Assembly (NCBI GenBank): GCA_963822965.1 | Contig: CAWGJT010000010.1 | Location: 1,120,001-1,184,000 of the forward strand | Length of the DNA stretch: 64,000 bases | Direction: 5' to 3' | DNA from: an uncultured delta proteobacterium | GTDB taxonomy: Bacteria > Myxococcota_A > UBA9160 > UBA4427 | In this document: positions 11,854 through 26,465 of the stretch, piece after piece | How the letters are laid out: each line of letters begins with the position of its first letter | How positions within the stretch are numbered: the stretch's first letter is position 1 | Notes under the pieces: model-generated | Seen by the model: the letters and a program-made list of their open reading frames with translations, nothing else | Told to the model about the DNA's origin: nothing | The model's database searches: none | Made by a program: the position numbers and the translations under genes

Positions 11854-13221
11854 TCAGGCGGTCGCGGCGGGCTGCGGCGCCACGTGCTCCAGCAGGTCGG
11901 CCAGGCTGCGCTCCCGCAACGGCTCGACCGCCGCCTCCACCTCCGCGAGCACGCGCTGGGCCTCGCCCGCGGAAGCCTCGACGGCGGCATCGCCCTCCGC
12001 CTGGGTCGGCATCTCGGACCGCCGTCCCCGGATGGCCGCCAGCACCTCGCCCACGCGGATGCCCTCGGCGGGTCGGCCGAGCTGGAATCCCGTCTCCGTG
12101 TCGCCGACCATGGTCGCCGTCACGATGCCAGCCTGCTCGAAGCGCACGAGCAGCTCGCTCACGATCCGCAGCGAGCAGCCGAGCCGCACCGCCAGGCGCT
12201 CCGCACTCTGGGGCGCCCAGCGGTCGCGGAACACCCGGGCCACCTCGAGTGCTACCCGCATGCCCACCGCCTCGCGCTCTGCGGGCTCCATGTCCTGGTC
12301 GCGCGCCTCCCGGCGCAGGCGCGCGAAGCTCTGGTGCGCGTTCGCGATCTCGGCCCCGAGGAGCACGATGGCCCAGGACAGGTAGATCCACACGAGCAGC
12401 AGGGGCAGCACCGCGAAGCCGCCGAAGAGGGCGTTGTAGCGCGCGGCGCCCACGCTGAAGGTCACGTAGAAGTACTGCGCGACGCTGAAGAGCAGCGACG
12501 CCACGGCGGCGCCGAGCGCGGCCGAGAGCACCTTCACCCGGGTGTTGGGCAGCAGCGCGTAGGCGAGCATGAAGGAGACGAAGAGGAAGAGGACGGGACC
12601 CACACCCACCAGTACGGTGCGCGCCGCCTGGATGGCCGGCGCCAGGTCGGCCAGGCCGGTGTTCGCGAGCTCCTCGGAATTCGGGGCCAGGGAGACCATC
12701 GAGCCCACCACCAGCGGCACGGTCACCAGCAGCGCCAGGTAGTTGGTGAAGCGCCGCACGAAGCTGCGGGCCCGCACGACGCCCCAGATCTCGTTGAAGG
12801 TCTCCTCGATCTGGCGCAGGGAGAGGACCGTCGTCACGAAGAAGACCGCACCGCCCGCCGAGCCCAGGGCGCCCACGTCCGCGCCCTCGACGAACTGCAT
12901 GATGCGGTCGACGGCCTCGGGACTTCCGGCCAGGAACTGGTTGACCCCCACCACCACGAGATTGCGGCTGAGCCCGAGCCACTTGATGATGGAGAGGAGC
13001 ACCACCAGCACCGGCACGATGGCCAGCGAGGTCATATAGGTGAGGGCGCTCGCCTGCAGCAGCAGGCGGTCCTTCAGGAAGCCTCGCACGATCAGGCTCG
13101 CGAGCTGCAGCGAACGCACCAGCCAGCCCATCAACCCGGTGTAGTGCGCATCCGCGCGCCAGAGCTCCTCGACGAGGAAGCGGCGTGCGCGCTGGATCTG
13201 CTCGACGGGCGAGGTGGCCAC
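11854..13221 (-). CDS. YihY/BrkB-family membrane protein with C-terminal Rrf2-like winged helix
   Basis: ASALTYMTSLAIVP, IEETFNEIWGV, LLVWIYLSWAIVLLGAE; C-terminal GFQLGRPAEGIRVGEVLAAI. Confidence 0.85.
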   Translation of the reverse strand: MATSPVEQIQRARRFLVEELWRADAHYTGLMGWLVRSLQLASLIVRGFLKDRLLLQASALTYMTSLAIVPVLVVLLSIIKWLGLSRNLVVVGVNQFLAGSPEAVDRIMQFVEGADVGALGSAGGAVFFVTTVLSLRQIEETFNEIWGVVRARSFVRRFTNYLALLVTVPLVVGSMVSLAPNSEELANTGLADLAPAIQAARTVLVGVGPVLFLFVSFMLAYALLPNTRVKVLSAALGAAVASLLFSVAQYFYVTFSVGAARYNALFGGFAVLPLLLVWIYLSWAIVLLGAEIANAHQSFARLRREARDQDMEPAEREAVGMRVALEVARVFRDRWAPQSAERLAVRLGCSLRIVSELLVRFEQAGIVTATMVGDTETGFQLGRPAEGIRVGEVLAAIRGRRSEMPTQAEGDAAVEASAGEAQRVLAEVEAAVEPLRERSLADLLEHVAPQPAATA

Positions 13222-13231
13222 GGACGCGAGG

Positions 13232-13723
13232 CTACCGGGCCGGCGCGACCGCCGCCCGGCCCGAATCGCGTGGCCGTGTCACCTCGACCCAGCCGGCGAG
13301 GCCCTCCAGGGTGCGGGGGCCGATGCCGCGGACCCGTCGCAGGTCGTCGACGCGCTCGAAGGCGTGCCGCTCGCGCTCGTCCACGATGGCGGTGGCTCGC
13401 GCCGGGCCGATGCCCGGCAGCACCTCGAGACTGGCCGCGGGCGCCCGGGCGAGATCCAGCGGCATGCCGAAGAGCAGCCGCGTCGGCCCCTGCAGCGGTG
13501 CACCCGCACCCGGCCCGCCGTGGCAGCTCACCTCCGGACCGCGCCCGTCCCCTGCCGGGCGCTCACGCGGCAGCGGACAATGCGGGACCGGCGCCACCGC
13601 GGGCGGCCGCAGGACGACGAGCCAGCCGAGCGCCACCAGCGCGATCGCCGCCCAGGCGGCGGCCCGATCGAGATCCTGCCGGCGCGTCGAAGCCGGCGGC
13701 ACGCGACACGAGGGCCTTGCCAT
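13232..13723 (-). CDS. ComEA-like helix-hairpin-helix DNA-binding membrane protein
   Basis: N-terminal TM, then LEVLPGIGPARATAIV...DDLRRVRGIGPRTL (two HhH motifs). Confidence 0.8.
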   Translation of the reverse strand: MARPSCRVPPASTRRQDLDRAAAWAAIALVALGWLVVLRPPAVAPVPHCPLPRERPAGDGRGPEVSCHGGPGAGAPLQGPTRLLFGMPLDLARAPAASLEVLPGIGPARATAIVDERERHAFERVDDLRRVRGIGPRTLEGLAGWVEVTRPRDSGRAAVAPAR

Positions 13724-13752
13724 GTTTCCTCGCGCGGGACCGCGGGGGCGGA

Positions 13753-14995
<1,243 letters not shown>

Positions 14996-14998
14996 GGG

Positions 14999-15538
14999 TC
15001 AGCCGATCTCCACACCTTCCAGGCCCGCGAGCAGGCACTCCGACCCGGCTCCGTGACGGGCCGTGCGCAGCTCCCGCTCCCAGGCTTCGAGCACCCGCCG
15101 GGCGCTCCTTCCTGTAGCGCTCGCGGTGAAGCTTCGCGAGCGCTCGCGGCTCGCGTCGCGCTCGATGTGCAGCTCGAGACGATCGGCCGGCAGGGCGTCG
15201 GGAAGCCGATCGCCCCACTCCACCGCCACCACCGCCCCGGGCTCGAGCAGATCGAGAAAGCCCGTGTCTTCGAGCTCGCGCGACGTTGCGAGACGATAGA
15301 GGTCGACGTGCGCCAGCGCCCGCCGGCCGCCCCCGTACTGGTTCACGATGACGAAGGTGGGGCTCGAGACGCTGGCCGGCGCGATTCCGAGGCCACTCGC
15401 CAGCCCCTTCACGAAGGCGGTCTTGCCGGCGCCGAGCGGGCCCACGAGGCTCAGCACGAGCCCCTCGTCGCCGATGGCCGCCGCCAGCAGCCGGGCCGCC
15501 GCCGCCGTGGCCTCAGGGCTCGAGCAGCGGAACTGCAA
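14999..15538 (-). CDS. tsaE: tRNA threonylcarbamoyladenosine biosynthesis ATPase TsaE
   Basis: GPLGAGKTAF, SSPTF, HVDLYRL, VEWGD. Confidence 0.93.
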   Translation of the reverse strand: MQFRCSSPEATAAAARLLAAAIGDEGLVLSLVGPLGAGKTAFVKGLASGLGIAPASVSSPTFVIVNQYGGGRRALAHVDLYRLATSRELEDTGFLDLLEPGAVVAVEWGDRLPDALPADRLELHIERDASRERSRSFTASATGRSARRVLEAWERELRTARHGAGSECLLAGLEGVEIG

Positions 15539-17153
15539 CCCCGACCCCGGCCTCGACTGTGGCGAGGGCGGCGTTCGCCGTCTCGCTCGAGCGCAGCAGC
15601 CGCCGCAACGCCTCGATCGCGTCCGGCAGACGCAAGGCCACCTCGCCGGCCACGATGCCCGCCGTGCCGCGCTCGCGGCCGAGCCGATCGGCGGCGTCTC
15701 CGTGCAGCCAGGCGGCCAGCGCGGCCGCCTCGAGCGCCGGCAGGCCCTGCCCCAGCAGGCTCGCCACCAGCCCGAGCAGCACGTCTCCCGTGCCTCCGGC
15801 GGCCAGCACCGGGCCGCCCGTCGGATTCACGATCAGCCGGCCCTGGGGGCTCGCCGTCACCGTGGCCGCGCCCTTCAACACCACCACCGCGCCGGTGGTC
15901 TCGGCCAGGGCGCGAGCCGCCGCCGGGCGATCGCGATTCACCTCCGCGGCCGAGCTGCCCAGCAGCCAGGCTGCCTCGCCCGGGTGGGGAGTCAGGATCG
16001 TCGCCGCCTCCCGGCCGCGCAGGGCGCCCAGCTCGTCCTTCAGAGCGAACAGGCCGTCGGCGTCCACCACCAGGGGCGACTCGATGCGCTTCGCCAGGCT
16101 GCGGACCAGGGCGCCCGTCTCGTGGCTGCGTCCCACCCCGGGCCCGAGCCCCACCACGTCGCGCTCGGCGGCCAGCGCCAGGATGGCGTCCTCGGCCGCG
16201 CTGGCGAGGCTGCGCTCCGCGGTGTCGGCCACGGGCACCGTCATCGCCTCGGTGCACTTCACCTCGAGGATGTCGTTCAAGCCGGCCGGACAGGCGATGG
16301 TGACGAGGCCGGCGCCGCCGCGCTGGGCGCCCTGGGCGGCGAGCGCGGCCGCGCCCGTCTTCCCCTCGCCGCCCGCCACCAGCAGCACGTGGCCGAAGGT
16401 GCCCTTGTGGCCGTCGGCGGGACGAGCCGGCAGGTGCCGGGCCGCGCCGGACGCCGTCCACAGCTCGGCGTGCATCACGGTGCCGGGCGCATCGTCGTCG
16501 ATGCCGATGCGCGCCACCTCCACCCGGCCCGCCAGCGACCGCCCGGGCTCGAGAGCCAGGCCGAGCTTCGGCAGCCCGATGGTGACGGTGACGTCGGCCC
16601 GCACCGCCACCCCCAGCACCTGACCCGTGTCGGCGGACAGGCCCGAGGGCATGTCCACGGACACCACTGCGAGTCCGTTTCGCCCGACGTCCCGGGCGGC
16701 GTTCACATGGGCGATGGCGCTGGCGGGCTCGCCCTCCACCGCCCGGCTGAGGCCGGTTCCGAAGAGGGCGTCCACCACCACACCGCGTTCGGGCAGCCGC
16801 CAGTCTCCGCCCGCGAAGGGCACGCCCAGCCGGCGCGCACGCGCGTGGTTGGCGGCGGCGTCGCCCGTGAGCCGCGAGGCGTCGCCCACCAGGATGACCT
16901 CCACGTCCAGGCCCAGCAGGTGCAGGTGCCGGGCCACCACGAAGCCGTCGCCGCCGTTGTTGCCGGCGCCGCACAGGACGGCCACCGTGCGCGACCCGGT
17001 GCGGGGCAGCACGCGCAGCACGGCGTCCGCCACGGCCCGCCCGGCGCTCTCCATCAGGATCTCGCCCGGAATCTCCAGCACGTCGATCGTGTGGCGATCC
17101 AGCGCGCGCATGCCCGCGGCGTCGGCGAGAGGCCACACGCCCCGTCCGATCAT
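15513..17153 (-). CDS. nnr: Bifunctional NAD(P)H-hydrate epimerase/dehydratase
   Basis: [43 protein letters not shown]. Confidence 0.93.
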   Translation of the reverse strand: MIGRGVWPLADAAGMRALDRHTIDVLEIPGEILMESAGRAVADAVLRVLPRTGSRTVAVLCGAGNNGGDGFVVARHLHLLGLDVEVILVGDASRLTGDAAANHARARRLGVPFAGGDWRLPERGVVVDALFGTGLSRAVEGEPASAIAHVNAARDVGRNGLAVVSVDMPSGLSADTGQVLGVAVRADVTVTIGLPKLGLALEPGRSLAGRVEVARIGIDDDAPGTVMHAELWTASGAARHLPARPADGHKGTFGHVLLVAGGEGKTGAAALAAQGAQRGGAGLVTIACPAGLNDILEVKCTEAMTVPVADTAERSLASAAEDAILALAAERDVVGLGPGVGRSHETGALVRSLAKRIESPLVVDADGLFALKDELGALRGREAATILTPHPGEAAWLLGSSAAEVNRDRPAAARALAETTGAVVVLKGAATVTASPQGRLIVNPTGGPVLAAGGTGDVLLGLVASLLGQGLPALEAAALAAWLHGDAADRLGRERGTAGIVAGEVALRLPDAIEALRRLLRSSETANAALATVEAGVGVAVPLLEP

Positions 17154-17533
17154 GAAGGCTCCTCCCGGCGCTCGAGCACCACCTGGCTCAGGCAGGCGGC
17201 GGCGTCGTGGGTGAGGGTGAGGGCGACGTGGGTCACGCCCAGGCGCCCGGCGGCGGCGGCCGCCGCGCCGTGGAAGCGCATCTCGGGCGCCCGGCCCGGC
17301 GCGCGACACACCTCGAGCTCTTGCCAGCGGGCGGCCGGCATTCCCAGGGCGCGCCGGGCGGCGATCTTGGCGGCGAGCCGCACCGCCAGGCTCTCGTGCC
17401 CCCGCGCCTTGCGGGCCGCGAACGCGCGCTCGCCCGGCGTGAAGAGACGGCGCTGGAGACGCTCGCCGAAGCGCGCCTCGACGGCCTCGAAGCGGGGCAC
17501 GTCCAGCCACTCGATCCCGAATCCGACGATCAC
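17150..17533 (-). CDS. acpS: Holo-ACP synthase (AcpS) homolog, catalytic residues altered
   Basis: [12 protein letters not shown]...RLFTPGE...[13 protein letters not shown]...LTLTHD; canonical pdxJ-acpS-nnr-tsaE synteny. Confidence 0.8.
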   Translation of the reverse strand: MIVGFGIEWLDVPRFEAVEARFGERLQRRLFTPGERAFAARKARGHESLAVRLAAKIAARRALGMPAARWQELEVCRAPGRAPEMRFHGAAAAAAGRLGVTHVALTLTHDAAACLSQVVLERREEPS

Positions 17534-17591
17534 GGCGCCTCCGAGGGGTCGGCTGCGGCCTCTCGCGCGGGCGACCCGAAGCGGGGAACCC

Positions 17592-18303
17592 TTACCGGAT
17601 GAGCGCGACGAAGTCCCGCACGGCGCGATCCATCCCCACCAGCAGGGCGCGCGCGAGCAGCGCCCGACCCACGGAGATGCGATCGGCCGAGGGCGCCACG
17701 GGCAGCGCCTCGGAGACCGAGCGGTAGTCGAGACCACCTCCCACGCCCACCACCATGCGCAGCTTGGCGGCCAGGCGCGCGGCGTCTGCCAGGGCCTCGA
17801 GCCGAGCCGCGCCGCTCGACGGGCGGCAGGTCGACCGTCGCCCCGGTGAAGAGCTCCACCCGGTGCACCCCGAGCCCGTGCGCCGCCTTCACCGACTCGA
17901 GCGCCGGCGTCACCAGCATGGCCACCTCGATGCCGGCCTCCTCGAGCGAGCGCACGATGGGCGCCAGCGCCGAGCTCTGGGAGCGCAGCTCGACGGGCCG
18001 CGAGGCCAGGGTGCCCTCGAAGGTGTCGCCGGCCAGCAGCACCATGTCGGGCCGGGTCTCGAGGGCCACCTTCAGCAGGCTCTGGCTCACGGACATGCGC
18101 AGCTCGAAGAGCCGCGCCGACCGGCGCAGCCACTGCACGTCCACCTCGGCCACGGGACGCAGATCCTCGTTGATGCCGAGCCGGATGGCATCCACGCCGG
18201 CCAGCTCGGCCAGGCTGGTGGCAGCGGCCAGATCCAGATGGGTGCCGCCCGAGATCTCGCGCAGGGCGGGCAGGCAGTCGAGACACAGGCTCAGCTTGCG
18301 CAT
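17592..18303 (-). CDS. pdxJ: Pyridoxine 5'-phosphate synthase (PdxJ) homolog lacking catalytic residues (one frameshift)
   Basis: Full-length PdxJ-like pattern ([36 protein letters not shown]) and glmM-pdxJ-acpS synteny. Confidence 0.75.
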
Positions 18304-18306
18304 CCG

Positions 18307-19679
18307 TCAGGCTCCCGCCGCCAGGGCGCGCTTGAGCTCGTCGGCCAGGTCCTCGGCCAGCTCCCGCACCCGCGACTCCGACTCGCCTTCGACCATCACG
18401 CGGGCCTTCAGCTCGGTGCCGCTGAAGCGGATCAGCACCCGGCCGCGGTCCCGCAGCTCGTCCTCCACCTTGCGGATGGCGCTCTGCAGCGTGGGAAGGC
18501 TCTCCAGCGGAACCCGCCGCGCCACGGGAACGTTCTTCATCACCTGGGGAAAGCGCTCGAAGCCCGCCGTCAGCTCCGAGAGCGGACGCTGCTTGCGCAC
18601 CATCGCGCCCAGCACCTGCAGGGCGCACATCAGCCCGTCGCCGGTGGTGGTCTGGTCCAGGAACACGACGTGGCCGGACTGCTCGCCGCCCAGGTTGTAT
18701 CCGCCGGCGCGCATGGCGTCCACCACGTAGCGGTCGCCCACCTGGGTGCGCACCAGGTCGAGGCCCAGCGCGTCCAGGGCGCGCTCGAGGCCCAGGTTGC
18801 TCATCACCGTGGCCACCACGCCGCCGCCTCGTAGGCGCTCGCGCTCGAGCATGTCCCGGGCGCAGAGCGCCATCAGCGACGTCGCCGTCCAGGATCTCGC
18901 CCTTCTCGTCGACCAGCACCACGCGGTCGGCGTCGCCGTCCACCGCCACGCCCACGTCGGCCCGCAGCTCGCGCACCTTCGCCGCCGTCTTCTCGGGGTG
19001 CAGCGAGCCGCAGTCGAGGTTGATGTTGCGGCCGTTCGGCTCGACGCCCAGGGCGAACACCTCGGCGCCCAGCTCGCGCAGCACCAGCGGGCCCACCTTG
19101 TAGCCGGCGCCGTTCGCGCAATCGAGCACCATGCGCAGGCCGTCGAGGGAGTGCTCCTTCGGGAAGGTGTTCTTGAGGAAGACGACGTAGCGCCCCGCCG
19201 CGTCATCGATCCGGCGGGCCGGGCCGACCTCGTCCGGGGGCGCCAGGAAGCTCGACGACCTCGTCGGAGAGGACGAGCTCCTCGATGCGGTGCTCGATGG
19301 CGTCGTCGAGCTTGAAGCCGTCGCTGCCGAAGAACTTGATGCCGTTGTCCTGGTAGGGATTGTGGCTGGCCGTGATCATCACGCCGGCGTCGCAGCGCAT
19401 GTCGACGGTGAGGAAGGCCAGCGCCGGGGTGGGCATCGGGCCCACCTGCATGACGCTGCCGCCCATCGAGCTGATGCCCGCGGCCAGGGCGTCCTCGAAC
19501 ATGTAGCCCGACAGCCGGGTGTCCTTGCCGATGAGGATGCGCCGCCCGCCGTCGCGCCGCCCCCGGAACACGTAGGCGGCGGCCTGCCCCAGGCGCAGCG
19601 CCATGGACGCCGTCATGGGGTGGAGGTTGGCGGTCCCCCGCACGCCGTCGGTACCGAACAGCTTCCGCTTGTCGCTCAT
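18307..19679 (-). CDS. glmM: Phosphoglucosamine mutase (frameshifted)
   Basis: [55 protein letters not shown]. Confidence 0.95.
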
Positions 19680-20429
19680 CCCTGGGTTCGCTCCCGGTCG
19701 TTTCGTGGCTTGCTTCGCTCATCGGCGGTTCTCGGCGGAACTCCACCGAGTTCTTCCAGGGACTGCGCTTGGGGGGCCTGGACCGGCTCCACGACGATCT
19801 GCACCTTGACCGGGTCCTTGCTCTCCGGCCAGACGGTTCCGCTCCCCAGGACGAGCCGGGCCTGCACCTCCTTGCTGTCCCGCAGGTCCGGAGACGTCGA
19901 TGGGCTCGGTCTGCACCTCGGCCACCCGCATCACGTGGCTGCGGGCGCCGGCCAGCCACACCCGGTCGGGCACCACCCGCACCTCGGTCAGCGCGAAGCC
20001 CTCGGCGGGGCTGCCCTGGATGTCGGGCTTCACCGACACCTCCTTGCGGCCCTTGCGTTCGAGGCGGATCTGGATGCGGCTGGGCGAGTGGCTGACGAAG
20101 CGGGCCCGCCGAGGCAGCTCGATGCCCGCCAGGTCGACCTCGAACTCGGCCACCCCGGGCTTCACGTTCGAGACGTCGATCTCGTACTTCATGCGCTTGT
20201 CGTCGAGGTTGCGCAGGGCCGCGCGGCTGCCCTGCACGCCCACGTTCACCTCGGAGGCGCTCTGGTCGGTGACCACCAGGGACTCGTCCACGCCGTGGAT
20301 CTCCACCGGGATGTCGAACGAGTAGCGGATATCGGTCGAACCCTGGGCGACGGCCCACAGGAACACCGCGATCGACCAGCGCGAGCAGCATCAGACCGGG
20401 ACGGAAGTTGGATCGACGGGACTTGGCCA

Positions 20430-20430
<1 letters not shown>
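19676..20430 (-). CDS. cdaR: CdaR/YbbR-like regulator of diadenylate cyclase (frameshifted)
   Basis: N-terminal TM (..FLWAVA), YbbR-like beta repeats, located between cdaA and glmM. Confidence 0.75.
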
Positions 20431-21298
<868 letters not shown>

Positions 21299-21302
<4 letters not shown>

Positions 21303-22178
21303 GACAGCTCCTTCCGGCGGGCGTCGCGCAGCGCGCGTCCCACGGCCACGGCGCGGCGCACCGGCCCCGGCTCGTGGACGCGGACGGCGTCGGCCCCCGC
21401 GAAGGCGGCCACCGCGCAGGCGGCCTGGGTGGCCGTCTCGCGCTCGCCCAACGGATCGCCGGTGAGGGCGCCGAGGAAGGACTTGCGGGACGGCCCCACG
21501 AGCACCGGGCACCCCAGCCGCTCGCGCAGCCAGCCGGCGTGGGCGATCAGCTCGAGGTTGTCGTGCAGGCCCTTGCCGAAGCCGATGCCCGGGTCGATGG
21601 CGAGCCGGTCTTCCTGCACCCCGGCGTGCCGGCGCGCGCTGGAGCGAGGCCTCGAGCTCGCCGGCCACCTCGCGCAGCACGTCGTCGAAGCGCGGCGACT
21701 GCTGCATGGTGGCCGGGGTGCCGCGCATGTGGCCCAGGATGAGATAGGCGTCCGCGTCGGCGGCCACCGCGAGCAGCTCGGGGTCGAAGGCCCCGCCGGA
21801 GACGTCGTTCACCGCGCCGGCGCCCGCGGCCAGCGCCGCCCGGGCGACCGGGGCCTTGCGGGTGTCGACGGAGACCCGCGCCCGCAGCTCGGCGACCAGC
21901 GCCTCGACGACGGGCACCACCCGCTGGCACTCGGTCTCCACCGGGACGTCCCGGGCGCCGGGTCGGGTCGACTCGCCGCCCACGTCGAGCCAGTCCGCGC
22001 CGTCTTCCAGCAGCGCCCGTCCGGCCGCCACCACCGCGGCCAGGTCGACGGCGTCGTCGTTCCCACCCCCCGCGAAGCGGCCGCCGTCGGAGAAGGAGTC
22101 CGGTGTCACGTTGAGCACCCCCAGGATGGTGACCTTGTCCTTCGGAAAGATCGGCGGGAAGCTCGACTCGTCTCTCAT
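21299..22178 (-). CDS. folP: Dihydropteroate synthase (frameshifted)
   Basis: [45 protein letters not shown]. Confidence 0.95.
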
Positions 22179-22236
22179 CGGCGTCCTTGGCTCTCCGGCG
22201 GGAAGGTCAGGGGGGTGATCTTCATTCCGCTCCGCG

Positions 22237-24162
<1,926 letters not shown>

Positions 24163-24411
24163 TACCGGACCTCGACCACAGGTGGATTCCGCTCGTTCGA
24201 GCAGCCTAGCCGTTCAGTGACGGATGACCGGCCAGCGCTCCCGGTTCCGAACCGTCGTTTTCCTTCGAGCTCTCGGCCGGCGTCTCTCGCTCGATCTTCT
24301 TCCGATCGGTCGATCGATCGATCGTACGATGCCCCCCCAGGGCACCAAACACCGGCCTATACCGCCAACCGAGTAACTTAGCATGTTCCCCGCGGGTTTA
24401 CCCGATCCGGG

Positions 24412-25414
24412 TCAAGCGTCGGATGCACGCTGCAGGACGAAGGTCGCTGCCGATTCCCTGCACACGCAGATTCCGCCGGGCAACTCGATCCGGGCTCCTG
24501 TCCTCCCTCCTCTCAGGAAGCCGAGCACGCGCATGAGGTGCGTGCGGCTCAGGTCGCGCCCGCCCCCGCACTCGAGCAGCGCGTGCTTCACGAGACGCCG
24601 CGACAGCGCCTCGGGACGCTCGCGCCAGCCCGCCGCCGCGATGGCCACGGCTCCGTCGGCCCGAGGCGTGAAGACCCGGGCCGCCTCGGCCCGGACCATT
24701 CCGTCCACCCATTCGGTCTCCCTTCTCTGCGCTTCGGCAAGATCGCCGATGGCCCTGAGAAGCCGCGGGTTCCAGTCGCGCACGAGGCCGGGCAGCAGGT
24801 CGGCCCGCATGCGGCTGCGGGTGTAGCGGGGATCGCGATTCGAGGGATCCTCGCGCCAGGCGAGGCCGTGCCGGGCCGCGTACGCCTCGAGCTCGCTGCG
24901 CGACACGCCGAGCAGCGGGCGGATCGTCGTGCCGTCGGGCGAGGTCTCGCCGATGCCGCCCAGGGAATCGGGCCCGCAGCCCCGCAGCAGGCGCATGAGC
25001 ACGGTCTCGGCCTGGTCGTCGGCGTGGTGGCCGGTGGCGATGCGATAACAGGCCAGGCGCGCGGCAATTCGGGAGAGCGCCGCGCGGCGCACCCGGCGGG
25101 CGGCCTCCTGGGGCGTGGGACGCGAGCGGCTGGGCTCGCCCTCGCGCAGGGAAGCCGGATCGACGCGCTCCATGCCGAAGGGCACGCCCAGGCTCGCCGC
25201 CAGGTCGGCCACGAAGGCCTCGTCGGCCTCGGACTCGGGGCCGCGCAGGCCGTGGTTCACGTGGCCCAGCGCCAGCTCGAAGCCCAGGGGCTCGCGCAGC
25301 GCAAGCCAGCACGTGGGCGAGCACGGTGGAGTCGAGGCCGCCGGAAGCCGCCACCAGCACGCGCCGCCCCGCCAGGTCCAGGCCGGCGAGCGCTGCCTCG
25401 ACCCGCTCGCGCAT
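24412..25414 (-). CDS. tilS: tRNA(Ile)-lysidine synthase (frameshifted)
   Basis: AASGGLDSTVL, HVNHGLR, ATGHHADDQAETVL, IRPLL, EDPSN. Confidence 0.92.
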
Positions 25415-25429
25415 GACCGCGCCCCGCCC

Positions 25430-26335
25430 CTACTCGCGCAGCGCCGAGGCGCTACCCACGAGCACCTTCGCACCGGCTTCGGAGCCGCCCACCTTGTCCA
25501 CCCACACGTCGCAGTGCACCCGGGTGCGGGTTCCCTCGCGCACCTCTTCGCGCACCTTGGCGTGGGTGGCCACGGTCTCGTCCACCCACAGCACGTTGGT
25601 GAACTTCACCGACATCTCGCCGCCCCGCAGCCAGCCCATGCCGAAGGCGTCCTGCATGACGCGCGAGACGAAGCAGGTGGACATCATCCCCTGCACCACG
25701 ATGTTCGGGAAGCCCAGCTTCTTCGCCTGCTCGGCGTCGGTGTGGTAGTTGCGGCCGGGCCCCGAGAACATCCAGCAGCGCCGGGCGTCGATGGTGGTGG
25801 TGGTGCCCGGCAGGTCTTCGCCCGTGGCGGTGGGGAACGGCGGCCGCGGGGCCTTCTTGGCGGCGGTCTTCTCGTCCACCACGAAGCCCTCTCTTTCCGG
25901 GGCCTTCTCTTCGGCCTTCTCTTCGCCCTTCTCGGACTTCGGGGGCAGGAACGACTGGTGGGTGTGGCCGCGCACCAGCAGACGGCCATCGTCGGCGTCC
26001 ATCACGTCGGTCTCGTTCAGGATGACGTCGCGGCCGCGCTTCTGGTAGCGCTCGATGATGGTGGAGCGGGTGCGCACGCGGCTGCCCACCCGGATGGGCG
26101 CGAAGAGCCGCCAGTCCTGCTGCAGGTGCAGGTTCCCGAACAGGTTCTTCAGGTACCACTCGCCCACGAACTTGTAGCACTCGGAGTGGTAGAGGAGCGG
26201 CGGCGCGTACTCGGCCTGCAGCGGGTGGTGGTCGTCCAGGGCGTCCGCGTAGAAGGAGACGACCTCCTTCGTCACCTCGTACTCGTTCGAGCCGCAGTGC
26301 CGACCGACGTAGGCCGGCTGCCCGAGCAGGTTCAT
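25430..26335 (-). CDS. MaoC-like double hot-dog dehydratase
   Basis: Two hot-dog-like halves; NYHTDAEQAKKLGFPNIVVQGMM motif. Confidence 0.8.
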   Translation of the reverse strand: MNLLGQPAYVGRHCGSNEYEVTKEVVSFYADALDDHHPLQAEYAPPLLYHSECYKFVGEWYLKNLFGNLHLQQDWRLFAPIRVGSRVRTRSTIIERYQKRGRDVILNETDVMDADDGRLLVRGHTHQSFLPPKSEKGEEKAEEKAPEREGFVVDEKTAAKKAPRPPFPTATGEDLPGTTTTIDARRCWMFSGPGRNYHTDAEQAKKLGFPNIVVQGMMSTCFVSRVMQDAFGMGWLRGGEMSVKFTNVLWVDETVATHAKVREEVREGTRTRVHCDVWVDKVGGSEAGAKVLVGSASALRE

Positions 26336-26465
26336 GGTGGTCTCCTCTCCGTCTCTCTCGTCGCCTGGCTCCGCCTGGCTCTCGCTGGACCTTCCGGCCT
26401 CTTCCGACCGCATGGTACCCGCCTCGGGGTGGCGGTGCCGGGAGCGGCCGGTTATTCCCCTGCCC

